Shown here: positions 25,653-36,770 of the stretch, in pieces
Layout of the letters: every line of letters begins with the position of its first letter
Position numbering within the stretch: position 1 is the first letter of the stretch
Virus record (IMG/VR): IMGVR_UViG_3300048556_000258
Span: 1-59,971 of that record
DNA from: a virus
Lineage: Duplodnaviria; Caudoviricetes
Length of the DNA stretch: 59,971 nucleotides
Strand: one strand, 5' to 3'
The notes under the pieces: model-generated
The model's input: the letters and a program-made list of their open reading frames with translations, nothing else
Databases searched by the model: none
Told to the model about the DNA's origin: nothing
Made by a program: the position numbers and the translations under genes

Positions 25653-27787
25653 TATCGTCTTCCATCTTCTCTTATACTAGCTCTTGGCGTACCAAGTTTA
25701 TATTTTGTACCCAAGGACGTTGAATCAATTCGTAAAGCAAAAGACCTACCTCGTAAACGATAGTTTAATTTTTCTGTAAATTGTTCTACAGGACTAGTTG
25801 CTGTTCTTTGTGTGGTACCAGATTGTGTTTGTAGAAAATTACCTCCAGAAAAGTTTTTAGCTTTAACAGTAAAATCAACATCTGGGTTTAAACTGGTTGA
25901 TCCGTTGAACGTGATATCTGGTATAACTTCTGTTAAAAACACATACTTATCACCATCACCAATATCTATAGGTGCAGATTCAATGAAAGATGTCATAGCA
26001 GACCCGTCATCATCGTATCCCACTTCATGGTTATATAAATATTGACCACCTGTTGCTATAGGTAATGTTCTAATTCCTCTGTCGAGCCATGATTGACGAA
26101 CCATTGTGCCATAGTACCACAATTTTTCTGAGTAATTATAGGCAACATATCTGTCTATTTCTGTACTACTACTAGATGGATAAAACCATAGTAGTTCACT
26201 AAACTCTGAATTTACACCTACATGAACCTTGTTTCTCTCTTCAAAGTTAAAATCTAAGAAAACTTTATCTTTTACAGTACAAGGTAACTGAATTGTTTGA
26301 CCACTTATATAGCCATAAAAAGTATCTACACCCATCCAAAACACGACATCCTCAACAGCTATGGCTGAATAAGGACTCATAATTGTTATGTTCTTAGATA
26401 GTTCTTGCAAACCAAAAGTAAATGGAGGACCTATAAACTTCATAGCATGAAGCGTCTTATCTGTAAAAACAAGTATCTGTTGTTTGGCTTCAACAGCTTG
26501 AACAAAGGTTGATCCACCACCAAGTCTTAGATCACCTGCTGTATTGGTAGCTGTTGGGAACCATTCAAGAGGATTTTCTTGAGAGGAGAATCTAATCAAC
26601 AAAGGGTCTTGTACCCCGTCTCCTTGAGTAGCAGTAGCACTTGTGTTTAATCCATCACAGCCAAAAGCTATAACGTGTCTGTCTTGGTCGGATACTATTG
26701 TTTGTTTGGCTCTTTGTGGGATACTTGTCTTTGTTCCAGAAAGGGTGCTTAACTCTACGGCTCTGCCGCTCAACCCATTTGTTCTATCCCAATAATACAA
26801 AGCTCCGTCTCTGGGATTGATTATTAAATCTTCCCCAAAGTTATCGTGTGACCATAGTCTAATCTGTGCACCGGGAACAGTAATTGAAGCAGCACTACCC
26901 CAACCTACAAAGTCATCTGTAGCTAATGTGTTACCTTTAGCTAATCTAACTAAAGCTCCATTACTGTGCGTAGTAGCAGTAGTATCACTATGACCACGAG
27001 TAACAGTCATTGTGTTGTCATCTGCCGATGCAGTTATTAACATTAATTCATTACCAACAAGAATTACATCCCCATCTGTATTCATACCTGTTTCATCAAC
27101 AACATCAACGCCTGTTTCGCTTGCGTCTAAGGCTTCGTTTAAAGTGGTAGCCAAAGCACTACTAGTTGTGCCACTCCACTGTCCAGCACCCCAACCAGTA
27201 CCGCCTACAGTCACATCTAAACCAGTATTTAATTGATATTCACCGACAACACTACTACCACCATTGCCAGTATCAGAAGAGTTAGCTGCTACGCTTGATG
27301 TAATTTCATATGAATTAGAACTTATCAAAGATGTGATTTGATACTCTTGATTTAGTACATCAGCTGTTATAACACCACCTAAACTAACGGCTCCAGAAAA
27401 AGTAACAAAGTCATTTTCATTTGCACCGTGAGCCGTGTCTGTAACAGTTATGGTTGTTGAACCATTTGTAGCTGAAAAGGTTACGTCACCAGCACTTGTT
27501 GTTGCTCTTATTGGTGTTATATCATTAAAACCTTCACCTTCTTCTATATAGTATTTTAAATTAGTTCCTATACCTAGTAAGTCAGAACCATCCAAAGTAA
27601 CCCAATTATGCAAACGTCTGGCAGTACCTTCAAAAGTAGAACTGGTATACTTTGACCACCCACCTATTTTTTCGGGAAAACCAAACCTAAACCTTACCTT
27701 GTCTCCGTCAACATAACCACCTTCGTTACTTTCAGAAGTTATGTCGGAAATAATACCAGGTTTAAATTTTAACTTAGTTATAGGCAT
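25652..27787 (-). CDS. Tail nozzle/head-stabilising protein (tail tubular B / P22 gp10-like)
   Basis: MPITKLKFKPGI...DGDKVRFRFGFPEKIGGW; beta-propeller-like; ends DGRR; directly before the ejection genes. Confidence 0.7.
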   Translation of the reverse strand: MPITKLKFKPGIISDITSESNEGGYVDGDKVRFRFGFPEKIGGWSKYTSSTFEGTARRLHNWVTLDGSDLLGIGTNLKYYIEEGEGFNDITPIRATTSAGDVTFSATNGSTTITVTDTAHGANENDFVTFSGAVSLGGVITADVLNQEYQITSLISSNSYEITSSVAANSSDTGNGGSSVVGEYQLNTGLDVTVGGTGWGAGQWSGTTSSALATTLNEALDASETGVDVVDETGMNTDGDVILVGNELMLITASADDNTMTVTRGHSDTTATTHSNGALVRLAKGNTLATDDFVGWGSAASITVPGAQIRLWSHDNFGEDLIINPRDGALYYWDRTNGLSGRAVELSTLSGTKTSIPQRAKQTIVSDQDRHVIAFGCDGLNTSATATQGDGVQDPLLIRFSSQENPLEWFPTATNTAGDLRLGGGSTFVQAVEAKQQILVFTDKTLHAMKFIGPPFTFGLQELSKNITIMSPYSAIAVEDVVFWMGVDTFYGYISGQTIQLPCTVKDKVFLDFNFEERNKVHVGVNSEFSELLWFYPSSSSTEIDRYVAYNYSEKLWYYGTMVRQSWLDRGIRTLPIATGGQYLYNHEVGYDDDGSAMTSFIESAPIDIGDGDKYVFLTEVIPDITFNGSTSLNPDVDFTVKAKNFSGGNFLQTQSGTTQRTATSPVEQFTEKLNYRLRGRSFALRIDSTSLGTKYKLGTPRASIREDGRR

Positions 27788-29163
27788 TAACCTATTCTCC
27801 CTGCTACTGTACCATTATCTGTCAATGATACATTACTTTGTCCTAAAATGTAATACCCTGCTGAACCCCCAGCAGATCCAGACGCACCATTTGTTGGTGC
27901 TGTTGATGGATAAGAAATAGTAGTTCCTGTCCCATTTGAACCTGTAGACCCACTGCTTCCACTTGCTCCTAGTGCACCACCTGCACCACCTGCACCACCA
28001 GTTCCTGCATTTGTTCCACCGCTACCACCCGATGAGCCACTACCTGCTGATTGAGCAAAACCTTGACCTACACCACCTGCACCACCTGCACCTGCTGTAG
28101 AGGGAACATTTACAGAAAGAGACAATGTTGCGTTCATATCATTATAGAAAAAAGCACCATCTGGAGACGAAGATCCATAAGGTTCTTCAGTGTAATTACA
28201 AAAATAATATGTTGTGCTTGCAGCTAATGGAGCTTTTAATCCGCTCCATGATAATCCACTACCATAATCTGCACCACCTTGTCCTTGACTTTTTGTATCT
28301 TCGGCTGTGCTTATATTAACTACAGGTGTTCCACGATGACCTGTCTGCCCATCCTCTGGAAAAGGATCGGTTATATAAGAGGATAAAGAATATTCAGCAG
28401 AAGTGTTAACTTGAAAACTATACCATACAGGTCCTCTATTTGATATATTAGACCTTAACTGCCCCCCAGATGTATTTAATCCCCATTGCCCACTACCAAT
28501 GCCTGACCAAGCTCTTGGCCCAAATTGTGTTAATACAGAATATGAAACAAAGTCTGGTTTATCACCAACTTTATCTGTTACGCTAGATGCTGTTGCAGTA
28601 GTAGAAGAACTTCCTTTACCTCCAGCTCCACCATTTCCACCACCACCTCCACCACCTTTAAGATTAGCCCCACTATTATTATTTAATGTTATAGCAACAT
28701 CTGCCTTTAAAGCAGTTCCACCATCAGAAGCGGCAGCACCGCCTTGTCCATAGATATTACCATTGTTTGTTACTGTTATTGTACCAGAACCACCAGTTGG
28801 TAAATCAATAGCAGGTGTGCCAGATGCTGTACTGTAAACGGTAATTCCTGCATTTATAATTATAGTCTTGGGATAATCTACTGCGTAATCATCACCAAAG
28901 ATACCTGTGCCAGACTGTTGTGTGGCATTAGATGAAAAGGTTTTCTGCCATCCTTTAGCTTGAGAATAAAAATTATTAAAGCTTATAGCACCACTTGTGG
29001 GAACACCAGCTGCCAAATTTGTTGCTGTATTATTGGCAGCATTAGATCTTACATTTGTGTTTGCTCCACGATAATAACTAGCCATGTCAACGGCTCCACT
29101 GCCACCAACAAATTCAGTTCTTATATCTGAAGCTGATATTGCACCCGAAGCCGCTAAAGTCAT
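27787..29163 (-). CDS. Glycine-rich tail fibre tip/adhesin-like protein
   Basis: MTLAASGAIS..DI...PTSGAISFNNFY N-terminus and GGGGGGNGG glycine-rich motifs. Confidence 0.7.
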   Translation of the reverse strand: MTLAASGAISASDIRTEFVGGSGAVDMASYYRGANTNVRSNAANNTATNLAAGVPTSGAISFNNFYSQAKGWQKTFSSNATQQSGTGIFGDDYAVDYPKTIIINAGITVYSTASGTPAIDLPTGGSGTITVTNNGNIYGQGGAAASDGGTALKADVAITLNNNSGANLKGGGGGGGNGGAGGKGSSSTTATASSVTDKVGDKPDFVSYSVLTQFGPRAWSGIGSGQWGLNTSGGQLRSNISNRGPVWYSFQVNTSAEYSLSSYITDPFPEDGQTGHRGTPVVNISTAEDTKSQGQGGADYGSGLSWSGLKAPLAASTTYYFCNYTEEPYGSSSPDGAFFYNDMNATLSLSVNVPSTAGAGGAGGVGQGFAQSAGSGSSGGSGGTNAGTGGAGGAGGALGASGSSGSTGSNGTGTTISYPSTAPTNGASGSAGGSAGYYILGQSNVSLTDNGTVAGRIG

Positions 29164-29786
29164 TATGGAGATCCAAAAGCTGTTATGTTATCCGCTGAAG
29201 TTACCGCACCACTTGATGCTAATTTAAAGACTGTTGTTCCGTTATACTTAAAAAGAAGGTCATTATCACCAGTATCTAGTTCTATTGCCCATTTACTAGA
29301 ACCAAATAAAATAGCATTACCATTCGTATCAAGATCTGCTCCAAGTTGTGGAGTTGTGTCGTTGACTAAATCAGTAGGAACTTTAGCTACATTGGCATTT
29401 GATCCTGTACCATCTGCATAAACTATGTTTGTAGCTCCATTAGCTACAGTGATAGTGGTTCCTGATCCACCGCCTTGTTGTATAGTGGCTGTCTGACCAG
29501 TGCTGTTTTTAAATATGTACCACTTTTGTTGATCATTAGGATCTATTGTTATTGTAAAAGCTGAACCGGGACTACCCGTTAAAGTTATGACTTTATAGTG
29601 TCCGTTAGATAAAGTGCCATCTGTAGCGGTTAGCGTTGTATTCCCAGAAATCGATAAACTAAGAACACCGTTAACAGTTCTATCAATAATGTCTAAATTA
29701 TTATTAGTAGTAACCCCCCAGGTTCCCGCTTGTTCACCAGAACCTATCTTTTCTAAACCACTGTTATTTGTATATGTACTAGCCAT
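29163..29786 (-). CDS. Tail/virion structural protein
   Basis: MASTYT...GEQAGTWG.TTNNNL; DTTPQLGADLD motif. Confidence 0.7.
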   Translation of the reverse strand: MASTYTNNSGLEKIGSGEQAGTWGVTTNNNLDIIDRTVNGVLSLSISGNTTLTATDGTLSNGHYKVITLTGSPGSAFTITIDPNDQQKWYIFKNSTGQTATIQQGGGSGTTITVANGATNIVYADGTGSNANVAKVPTDLVNDTTPQLGADLDTNGNAILFGSSKWAIELDTGDNDLLFKYNGTTVFKLASSGAVTSADNITAFGSP

Positions 29787-29793
29787 TATTGCC

Positions 29794-30273
29794 TCATATT
29801 TCTGTTTCTGCCCATGTTTCCGATCCAGTCGGTGTTATTTCTGTCCATGCCTCTGTTCCACTTGGTGTAATAGTGGTATATGTTTCAGGTGTTGCACTTG
29901 CATTTATATCTTCAAACAGTATATCACCAAGAGATGCTTGTGAGAAATTAAAATCACTGGAAGCAACGCCTGACCCTATCATAATACCAATTGAAGTTTT
30001 TGTAAATGCAGACTCAATATCAGCTGAATCTGTTTGAATCCTTGTTCCAGCAGATGTTTCTGTGAAATTAAAATCCAGATCTGAGTTTGCACCAGCACTA
30101 ATGTAAATGGCATTTGCTGACTGAGTGGCAGTCGAACTCATAGAAGAGATACCAGACATTATACCTACACCTGCATTTGCAGACGAGGCAATACCGCTCA
30201 TTTCGGATACACCTGCTAATAGAATACTTTGATCCGATAGAGCGTATTCAGATAGAGCAGATGCACCTAACAT
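29794..30273 (-). CDS. Virion structural protein
   Basis: MLGASALSE...; C-terminal WTEI repeats; tail cluster. Confidence 0.65.
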   Translation of the reverse strand: MLGASALSEYALSDQSILLAGVSEMSGIASSANAGVGIMSGISSMSSTATQSANAIYISAGANSDLDFNFTETSAGTRIQTDSADIESAFTKTSIGIMIGSGVASSDFNFSQASLGDILFEDINASATPETYTTITPSGTEAWTEITPTGSETWAETEI

Positions 30274-30506
30274 TAGCTAGCCTTTTCTTCTTTTGGCTCT
30301 TCTTCACCTTTAACAGATTGTATCAATGAGTTTGTAAAAGCGTTCTGGGCCACTGTAATCTGGTCTAGTTGAAACTTTAGATTAGCAGCTTTGCCCTGTA
30401 AGTCTTTTATCTGATTGATAAAATAGTTTTGGTCTTGAGATAAGTCCTCTGTCTTATACTCTTTACCATCAATAGTGATTACGTTTGATTGTTCAGTCAT
30501 TACCAT
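30273..30506 (-). CDS. Small coiled-coil protein (fibre-associated)
   Basis: ITIDGKEY..EDLS..Q...INQI.DL. Confidence 0.7.
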   Translation of the reverse strand: MVMTEQSNVITIDGKEYKTEDLSQDQNYFINQIKDLQGKAANLKFQLDQITVAQNAFTNSLIQSVKGEEEPKEEKAS

Positions 30507-30811
30507 GTTACTCCACTTGCTGTTGTTGGGTTAGCTGCTGCCTCTATCTGACTAGCTATTCCTGCTTCTATTGATGCCACTTCGTCTTCACCAAGTGCAT
30601 CTTTAGCCCATCCAATAGCTTGTGTCTCTGTGATATCTGCGTATGGTGTTGGTGTGCCTACAAGTGTTACACCGACTGTGCCATAAGCTGACCCTGTGTT
30701 ACCATCTGCGTCTTCGTCAGATGCTCTCCAGTGCAAGATAGTCACAATATCTGTGTTGTCTCCCTGCACTAAGTCTCTTTCCATTGTTCCTATTGTCCAA
30801 GTTACTGCCAT
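30500..30811 (-). CDS. Small fibre-associated/chaperone-like protein
   Basis: MAVTWTIGTMER...HWR...YGTVG...YADITE..AIGW; follows a fibre gene. Confidence 0.7.
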   Translation of the reverse strand: MAVTWTIGTMERDLVQGDNTDIVTILHWRASDEDADGNTGSAYGTVGVTLVGTPTPYADITETQAIGWAKDALGEDEVASIEAGIASQIEAAANPTTASGVTW

Positions 30812-30822
30812 TTTATTCTCCT

Positions 30823-32940
30823 TTATCTAACTAAATATTCATGTACTGTGTCGGATATTTCTCTCATTTTAATCCATCGGTCACCGACAGTTTGACCAAC
30901 TGTAACTCTAAGTTTGCCAACTAACCCAATAGGACTAAACTCTTTTCTTTGTTCTCTTGGTATATATGTTTGTGATGAGTCATAAGATGAATTTAACTTT
31001 CTTCTAGTTAACGGAGTTTCACCATCTATTTCAGTTGATGTTACAATAGCGTCACTTGGTACAGTTACATCACTTGGTATCATATCTGTTTGATATGTTT
31101 TTGTTTCTTTAGCACCATCACTAGTTTCTATTGTCCATTCTGTTTGTGTGTAATCCTCATAAACATATCTGCCATAATCATCTGTTTCATATTTATCTTT
31201 CCATTTTTCGCTTTGTGCATCACCAAGAATTACTGGTTTTGCAGAAACAACACCTATAATAATTGCTTGTGCATCATCACTTGTAGATAATCTTATTTGA
31301 TTACCATCAAGAACGACTGTCTTGCCTACTCTATCTTCTGAACTTGTGTTGCCATCTTTCCATTCAAACATTTCAGCATAGTCACCACCACTTGAACTAT
31401 AAGCACCATCAGCATGAACAGTACCATCACTATCTACTCTAAATTCTCTATCTGCTGCATTACCAGAATAACCCTCAAACAATTTATAAGTATCACCTGT
31501 GGCTGCTCTAGCAGCAATTACTTGAACGCCACCACCAACATAACTTGCGTGGTGCATACCAAAAACAACTGCACCCTGAACATTACTAGAACAGCGAATC
31601 TCATGAAAACCACCAGTAGAATCTCTATAAGTTCCGTCATCTGATATTTTAAAATATCCACTATGAGAAGTGCTAGGTCCTAAAATTCTTGCTCTTTCAT
31701 AAGCATCTCCAGTACTGAAATATAAAACCTCATCTTTTACACCTACAGTTGGCATCAAAGATGTATTGGATGCTCTAAATGCTATGTGTGATGAAGTTGA
31801 ATTGTTTGCTTCAAATCTAGCCACTCTTTGTCCTGATGCTAAATAAACATGAAGTGGGTCTGATGGACTACTAGTACCAATACCTACTTTGCCACTGCTA
31901 TCAATACGCATACGTTCACCAGCATTAGCTCCAAATAAAAGTGCATTATCGGCATGATGATAAATTACATAACCGACATTATTATCGTTTTCATCTCCAA
32001 AATAAATAACTCCATTACCACCAGCTGCTGAGTTTGTAAGAATATTTATTCCAGCAGTAGTATTTGATTCTATAACAAGGTCATCTGTTGATGCGTTTAC
32101 AGAACCTCCACTACTTCCTTTGTAAATATGAAGTTTTGCACTCGGACTACTAGTACCAATACCTACTTTGCCTGAGCCATCTGCTGTTAAAACAATACGA
32201 CTATCAGTGACATCCATTAATTGAAATTTATCAGAATCACTATTGTCTATTCTAAAAGTCCAACTTTGAGTTGGAGAAGCCTGTGTGCCTCCTACAGAAA
32301 AGTTTAATAATGGGTCACCTGATCCAGTATCATGTATTTGAATATCACCATTTTCTAAGGTGAGCATCCTATTTGGACTACTCGTACCAATACCTACGTT
32401 GCCACCACTAATAATACGAACACGTTCTGTTCCAGAACTAGTCTTGAATATAAGCTCTCCCGGTCCAGAGTTACCCCCAAATATCAAACCACCATTAGCA
32501 TCAGAAGATATAGTTGCTTCTTCTGTAACACTACCAGAATCCATGAAACGGATTACTCCAGCAGTTGTTCCATCTACACCAACTTGTATAGTTCCCCTTA
32601 CATCAAGTTTTTCAGCAGGACTACTAGTACCAATACCTACGTTTCCACCTGTAGTTACTGTAAGATTGTTTTGCCAAGAAGAACCAGTCCAGTGTTGTAT
32701 TTTAAAATTGCCTGAACTGTCTTGTGTTAAGTTATTAAATCTAGCTGTGGTGCTATCATCTAATCTAATTCCATCATTGTTTTCGTCAGCAATGTCGCTG
32801 ATTGTAAGACGGCTGCCACCACTAATTGTTCCATCACCTTGAATGTCAAGACCACCTGCTGTCACTGTACCTGTTACATCAAGAGTACCACTGAGGTCTG
32901 CATCAGTGACTATCTTGGATATGTCTTTTGCTCTTGTCAT
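30823..32940 (-). CDS. Tail fibre with C-terminal Peptidase_G2-type intramolecular chaperone
   Basis: Four G(N/K)VGIGTSSP units; DYAEMFEW.DGN...IIGVVS...GLVGKLRV. Confidence 0.8.
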   Translation of the reverse strand: MTRAKDISKIVTDADLSGTLDVTGTVTAGGLDIQGDGTISGGSRLTISDIADENNDGIRLDDSTTARFNNLTQDSSGNFKIQHWTGSSWQNNLTVTTGGNVGIGTSSPAEKLDVRGTIQVGVDGTTAGVIRFMDSGSVTEEATISSDANGGLIFGGNSGPGELIFKTSSGTERVRIISGGNVGIGTSSPNRMLTLENGDIQIHDTGSGDPLLNFSVGGTQASPTQSWTFRIDNSDSDKFQLMDVTDSRIVLTADGSGKVGIGTSSPSAKLHIYKGSSGGSVNASTDDLVIESNTTAGINILTNSAAGGNGVIYFGDENDNNVGYVIYHHADNALLFGANAGERMRIDSSGKVGIGTSSPSDPLHVYLASGQRVARFEANNSTSSHIAFRASNTSLMPTVGVKDEVLYFSTGDAYERARILGPSTSHSGYFKISDDGTYRDSTGGFHEIRCSSNVQGAVVFGMHHASYVGGGVQVIAARAATGDTYKLFEGYSGNAADREFRVDSDGTVHADGAYSSSGGDYAEMFEWKDGNTSSEDRVGKTVVLDGNQIRLSTSDDAQAIIIGVVSAKPVILGDAQSEKWKDKYETDDYGRYVYEDYTQTEWTIETSDGAKETKTYQTDMIPSDVTVPSDAIVTSTEIDGETPLTRRKLNSSYDSSQTYIPREQRKEFSPIGLVGKLRVTVGQTVGDRWIKMREISDTVHEYLVR

Positions 32941-32949
32941 GTATTACTC

Positions 32950-33195
32950 CTAAGCAGTGTAACCTTGACCTGCTGTGATTGCAGAGTTAACTGCTGTCAT
33001 ATCTTCATCTGTCCAATAGTCTTTAGCCACCATAATCTCTAAGTGTGCTACGTTCCTATCAACACAGTCTTGTTTATCTTCAGCTTCATCATCTGCCATT
33101 GCTGTTCCACCGATAATAGCATTGATAAGGTCTACTGAGTGACCCATAGCTGTGTAGTCTTGTGCTATTTCTTCTGTTGTTTTTTCGTCTGCCAT
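32950..33195 (-). CDS. Small acidic fibre-associated protein
   Basis: EEIAQDYTAMGHSVDLIN...RNVAHLEIMVAKDYWTDEDMT; follows a fibre gene. Confidence 0.7.
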   Translation of the reverse strand: MADEKTTEEIAQDYTAMGHSVDLINAIIGGTAMADDEAEDKQDCVDRNVAHLEIMVAKDYWTDEDMTAVNSAITAGQGYTA

Positions 33196-33197
33196 TT

Positions 33198-36100
33198 TTA
33201 TTCTCCTTCTAAGGTTGCTACTTTGGCTTCTAATGTTTCAATTCTTTCCATTGCTTCTTGTAGTGCTTTGACTGCTTTCATGTAGAGTATTGAATATTTG
33301 ACTTTCTTAGTTGTTGTTCCTAAATCTTTATTTTTTCTATCTCGGTCTGTAGTATTTTTTACAAGTCCATACATTCCTGCTGTTTCAACTTCTTGAGCAA
33401 TTACTCCTAATCTCCAATGAGAATCAGAGTCACCAGTTGCAACATCTGTTTTAAATTTAAAGTTACGAACTTTTAAGGCTTTTATGTCTTCCCATTGTGA
33501 TGAAGCATCTTTTATCTGTTCTTTAAGTTTTTCATCAGAAAACCCAGTATAGCTATTATTTTGATTTTCAATATCTCCATTACTCCAAATTAATATTCTG
33601 TTAGTAGTGGAATCAAAACAATTTAAAAAATAACTAGACTCGTTATTAGGAGTTGCTGCAGAAAAATCCATAAGCAATCCATAAGGTGCTGAAGCATGGC
33701 TGTTTTCTATAAATGCAGTTATATCCCCAAGGTCTTGATGAAGAACATGAGATGTTGAACCTGTCATAGTTCTAGTTGAATCACTAATGTCAGGTGACAT
33801 GTTACTATACCCAGTATTACTAATATAGAATCTTGGATTACCATCACCATCTGATAAAATAATTCTATTGCTTGATGTTCTTATGTCTAATCCATATTGA
33901 TTGCCGTTGTAACGACCTAAGATGGAGTTGCTTCCACCAGTACTTACTGTTGCTCCAGAATCATTTCCAACAAAAGTGTTATACCCACCAGTTTCTGTTA
34001 ATTGCCCAGCATCCTTACCAATTAAGGTGTTGTGAGTTCCTGTTGTTAGCGTTGTTCCAGAATTATGTCCAACTGCTGTGTTCTGAGAACCTGTAGTATT
34101 AGAATCTAAAGCTCTATAACCTACACCTGTATTTCCTGTACCAGTGGTATTAAGCTCCATTACTTGATAGCCAACACCTGTGTTATCAGATGCTATGTTG
34201 CTTAATAAAGTTTTAGTGCCTATCGCAGTATTTTGACCACCTGTAGTATTTGCACCTAAAGCTCCATAACCAACGGCTACATTTAATCCACCAGTAGTAT
34301 TTGCATCAAGGGCTTCACCACCTACTGCTGTATTAAGAGTACCTGTATTGTTAAGTAGTGCGTTATACCCCACAGCTGTGTTATTAGATGCTGTAGTGTT
34401 TAAATTTAATGCACCTCTTCCAACAGCAGTATTATTACTGCCAGTGGTGTTTGAAACCATAGAATAACCAACCGCAGTATTGTCATCACCAGTTGAATTT
34501 GCTTTTAGTGCTTGCCTACCCAATGCTGTATTGATTGTACCTGTTGTATTGTTTTGCAAGGACTCAAAACCAACTGCTGTGTTGTTAGATGCTGTAGTGT
34601 TTGCTTTTAGTGCATCTTTTCCTAAAGCAACATTATTTGAACCAGTTGTATTGTAAAAAAGTGCTTGATGACCTGCCACCACATTGTCAGCACCAGTAGT
34701 ATTTGTATAAAAAGAATAAGTGCCTAAAGTAGTGTTGTTACCTCCAGTTGTAGTGCTGTAGGCTGACGCAAAACCCACTGCTGTATTGTTATCTACTGTG
34801 GTAAGTGAATATAATGCTGTTGCACCTAATGCTGTCGTACTTGAAGCTGTAGTAGCTGTATTCATTGCTTGAGTTCCAACTGCCACACCATTATTTGCTG
34901 TCGTACTTGCTTTAGCAGAATCTTTACCGATTGCTGTAAGATTAGTTCCTGTAGTGTTTGCAGTTAATGCTAGATAGCCCACTGCTGTATTGTTACTTGC
35001 TGTGGTTATAGAATCACCTGCTAGACCACCTATTAATGTATTTCCAGTTCCTGTTGTTATTACTTCACCTGCACCATATCCAACTGCTGTATTATAAGAA
35101 TTTGTGGCAGAAGTGAAGTTTTGTGAAGCTAAAGCATTAAATCCAATAGCAACAGTTCTGCTACCTTGAGTATCAGTGGTTAAGGCTTGAAAACCAAGTA
35201 CTGTATTTCTATCTGCATCAGTTAAAGCATCCCCCGAAAGACCACCTATTAGAGTGTTTTGAGTTCCTGTTGTTACTGATTTACCTGTATTATGCCCAAC
35301 TGCCGTATTATAAGCATCTGTTGCTCCAGAAAAACTTTGTGATTGTAAGGCTTTTGAGCCAATAGCAATACTGTTATTTCCTTTTACATCTGCACTTAAA
35401 GCATTGTATCCAAGAGCCACATTTTCTGCACCAGTAGTATTTGCAGTTAGTGCATTAGTTCCCACTGCTGTATTTAAAGTACCAGTAGTGTTTGCCTTTA
35501 AAGCACGATAACCAACTGCTGTGTTGTTACTTGCAGTAGTGTTTGCATTTAAAGCACCACCACCTACTGCTACGTTATTTGTGCCTGTCGTATTATTACC
35601 TAAAGTTGCGGCGGCTGAAGCATCAATGCCACCCACACCTGTATTATCAACACCTGTTGTATTGCCGTTTAAAACAGAACGACCAATAGCAGTTATACGA
35701 GTTCCAGAAGTGTTAGCATATCCTGCTTGATACCCCACTGCTGTGTTGTTATCTCCTGTAGTATTTGTAAATAGTGCATCCTTACCAACGGCTGTGTTAT
35801 TAGAAGCTGTAGTATTATTAGCCAAAGCTCTGCGACCAAGAGCAGTATTAGTTGCTCCTGTTGTATTGTCTTGTAAAGCATTATGCCCAAGTGCTGTATT
35901 GTCAGAAGCTGTGGTGTTAGATGAAAGAGCATAACTACCAACAGCTACATTAACATCACCTGTAGTATTTGCAGTTAGTGTATTATACCCCACGGCTGTG
36001 TTGGCAGAAGCTGTGGTGTTTGAAACTAAGGCATCACGACCTATTGCTATGTTGTTAGAGCCAGTTGTATTTACTAGACCCGCTTCTTTTCCCATAAATA

Positions 36101-36767
36101 CATTGTCTGCACCTGTAGTATTGGCTTCACCTGCTCTATGACCAACTGTTGTGTTGCCTGAACCTGAAGTATTTGCACTCAAAGAACCAGACCCTATTGC
36201 AGTATTGTTGCCACCACTTAAAGACCCATCATCTAATGCAGTATTACCCAAAGCTACGTTATTTGTGCCAGTTGGATAATTACCATCTAGCTTGATTGTG
36301 CCACCATCTACTGAGAGGTTACCTGCTATGTCTACTGCACCATCTATGTCTACAGCATCAAGATTAGTTGTTCCATCAACGTCTATGTCTCCTGATATAT
36401 CTAATGAAGTACCCGTTAAAACACCTGTAACAGCAAGTGTACCCGCCATTGTGACGTTACCATCAAACGTGCCACCATCTGCCTTGCTTACTGTATCGGC
36501 TACAGAAAATACATCATAAACAATAACCTCAACAATATCGTTTACTGGCAATCCTGGGTCAAAAACAATAGATGTACCACTAGTGGCAGTGTAATCTGCA
36601 TCACCTAGCTTTACACCATTTACATACACATCAACGTAGTTGCTATCTCTGTAGCTTAAAGAAACGCCCTCGGCTCCCGCTCCACTGAATGTTGTCTGTG
36701 AAGCAGTAGCAGTATAGGTATGTTTTTGTCTAACTCCGTTGGAAGGAGATACTCCTATGTATGCCAT
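33198..36767 (-). CDS. Long tail fibre with 14-aa beta-roll (YadA-head-like) repeats and Peptidase_S74 chaperone
   Basis: Dozens of NTA(V/I)GxxALxxNTT(G/A)xx repeats; C-terminal SDEKLKEQIKDA...LGVIAQEVE...KAVKALQEAMERIETLE. Confidence 0.85.
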   Translation of the reverse strand: MAYIGVSPSNGVRQKHTYTATASQTTFSGAGAEGVSLSYRDSNYVDVYVNGVKLGDADYTATSGTSIVFDPGLPVNDIVEVIVYDVFSVADTVSKADGGTFDGNVTMAGTLAVTGVLTGTSLDISGDIDVDGTTNLDAVDIDGAVDIAGNLSVDGGTIKLDGNYPTGTNNVALGNTALDDGSLSGGNNTAIGSGSLSANTSGSGNTTVGHRAGEANTTGADNVFMGKEAGLVNTTGSNNIAIGRDALVSNTTASANTAVGYNTLTANTTGDVNVAVGSYALSSNTTASDNTALGHNALQDNTTGATNTALGRRALANNTTASNNTAVGKDALFTNTTGDNNTAVGYQAGYANTSGTRITAIGRSVLNGNTTGVDNTGVGGIDASAAATLGNNTTGTNNVAVGGGALNANTTASNNTAVGYRALKANTTGTLNTAVGTNALTANTTGAENVALGYNALSADVKGNNSIAIGSKALQSQSFSGATDAYNTAVGHNTGKSVTTGTQNTLIGGLSGDALTDADRNTVLGFQALTTDTQGSRTVAIGFNALASQNFTSATNSYNTAVGYGAGEVITTGTGNTLIGGLAGDSITTASNNTAVGYLALTANTTGTNLTAIGKDSAKASTTANNGVAVGTQAMNTATTASSTTALGATALYSLTTVDNNTAVGFASAYSTTTGGNNTTLGTYSFYTNTTGADNVVAGHQALFYNTTGSNNVALGKDALKANTTASNNTAVGFESLQNNTTGTINTALGRQALKANSTGDDNTAVGYSMVSNTTGSNNTAVGRGALNLNTTASNNTAVGYNALLNNTGTLNTAVGGEALDANTTGGLNVAVGYGALGANTTGGQNTAIGTKTLLSNIASDNTGVGYQVMELNTTGTGNTGVGYRALDSNTTGSQNTAVGHNSGTTLTTGTHNTLIGKDAGQLTETGGYNTFVGNDSGATVSTGGSNSILGRYNGNQYGLDIRTSSNRIILSDGDGNPRFYISNTGYSNMSPDISDSTRTMTGSTSHVLHQDLGDITAFIENSHASAPYGLLMDFSAATPNNESSYFLNCFDSTTNRILIWSNGDIENQNNSYTGFSDEKLKEQIKDASSQWEDIKALKVRNFKFKTDVATGDSDSHWRLGVIAQEVETAGMYGLVKNTTDRDRKNKDLGTTTKKVKYSILYMKAVKALQEAMERIETLEAKVATLEGE

Positions 36768-36770
36768 TAA

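Noticed and set aside
31865-32640. 23-nt repeats as a CRISPR array
   Set aside because: Spacers are 200-260 nt and in frame within a fibre gene; no cas genes
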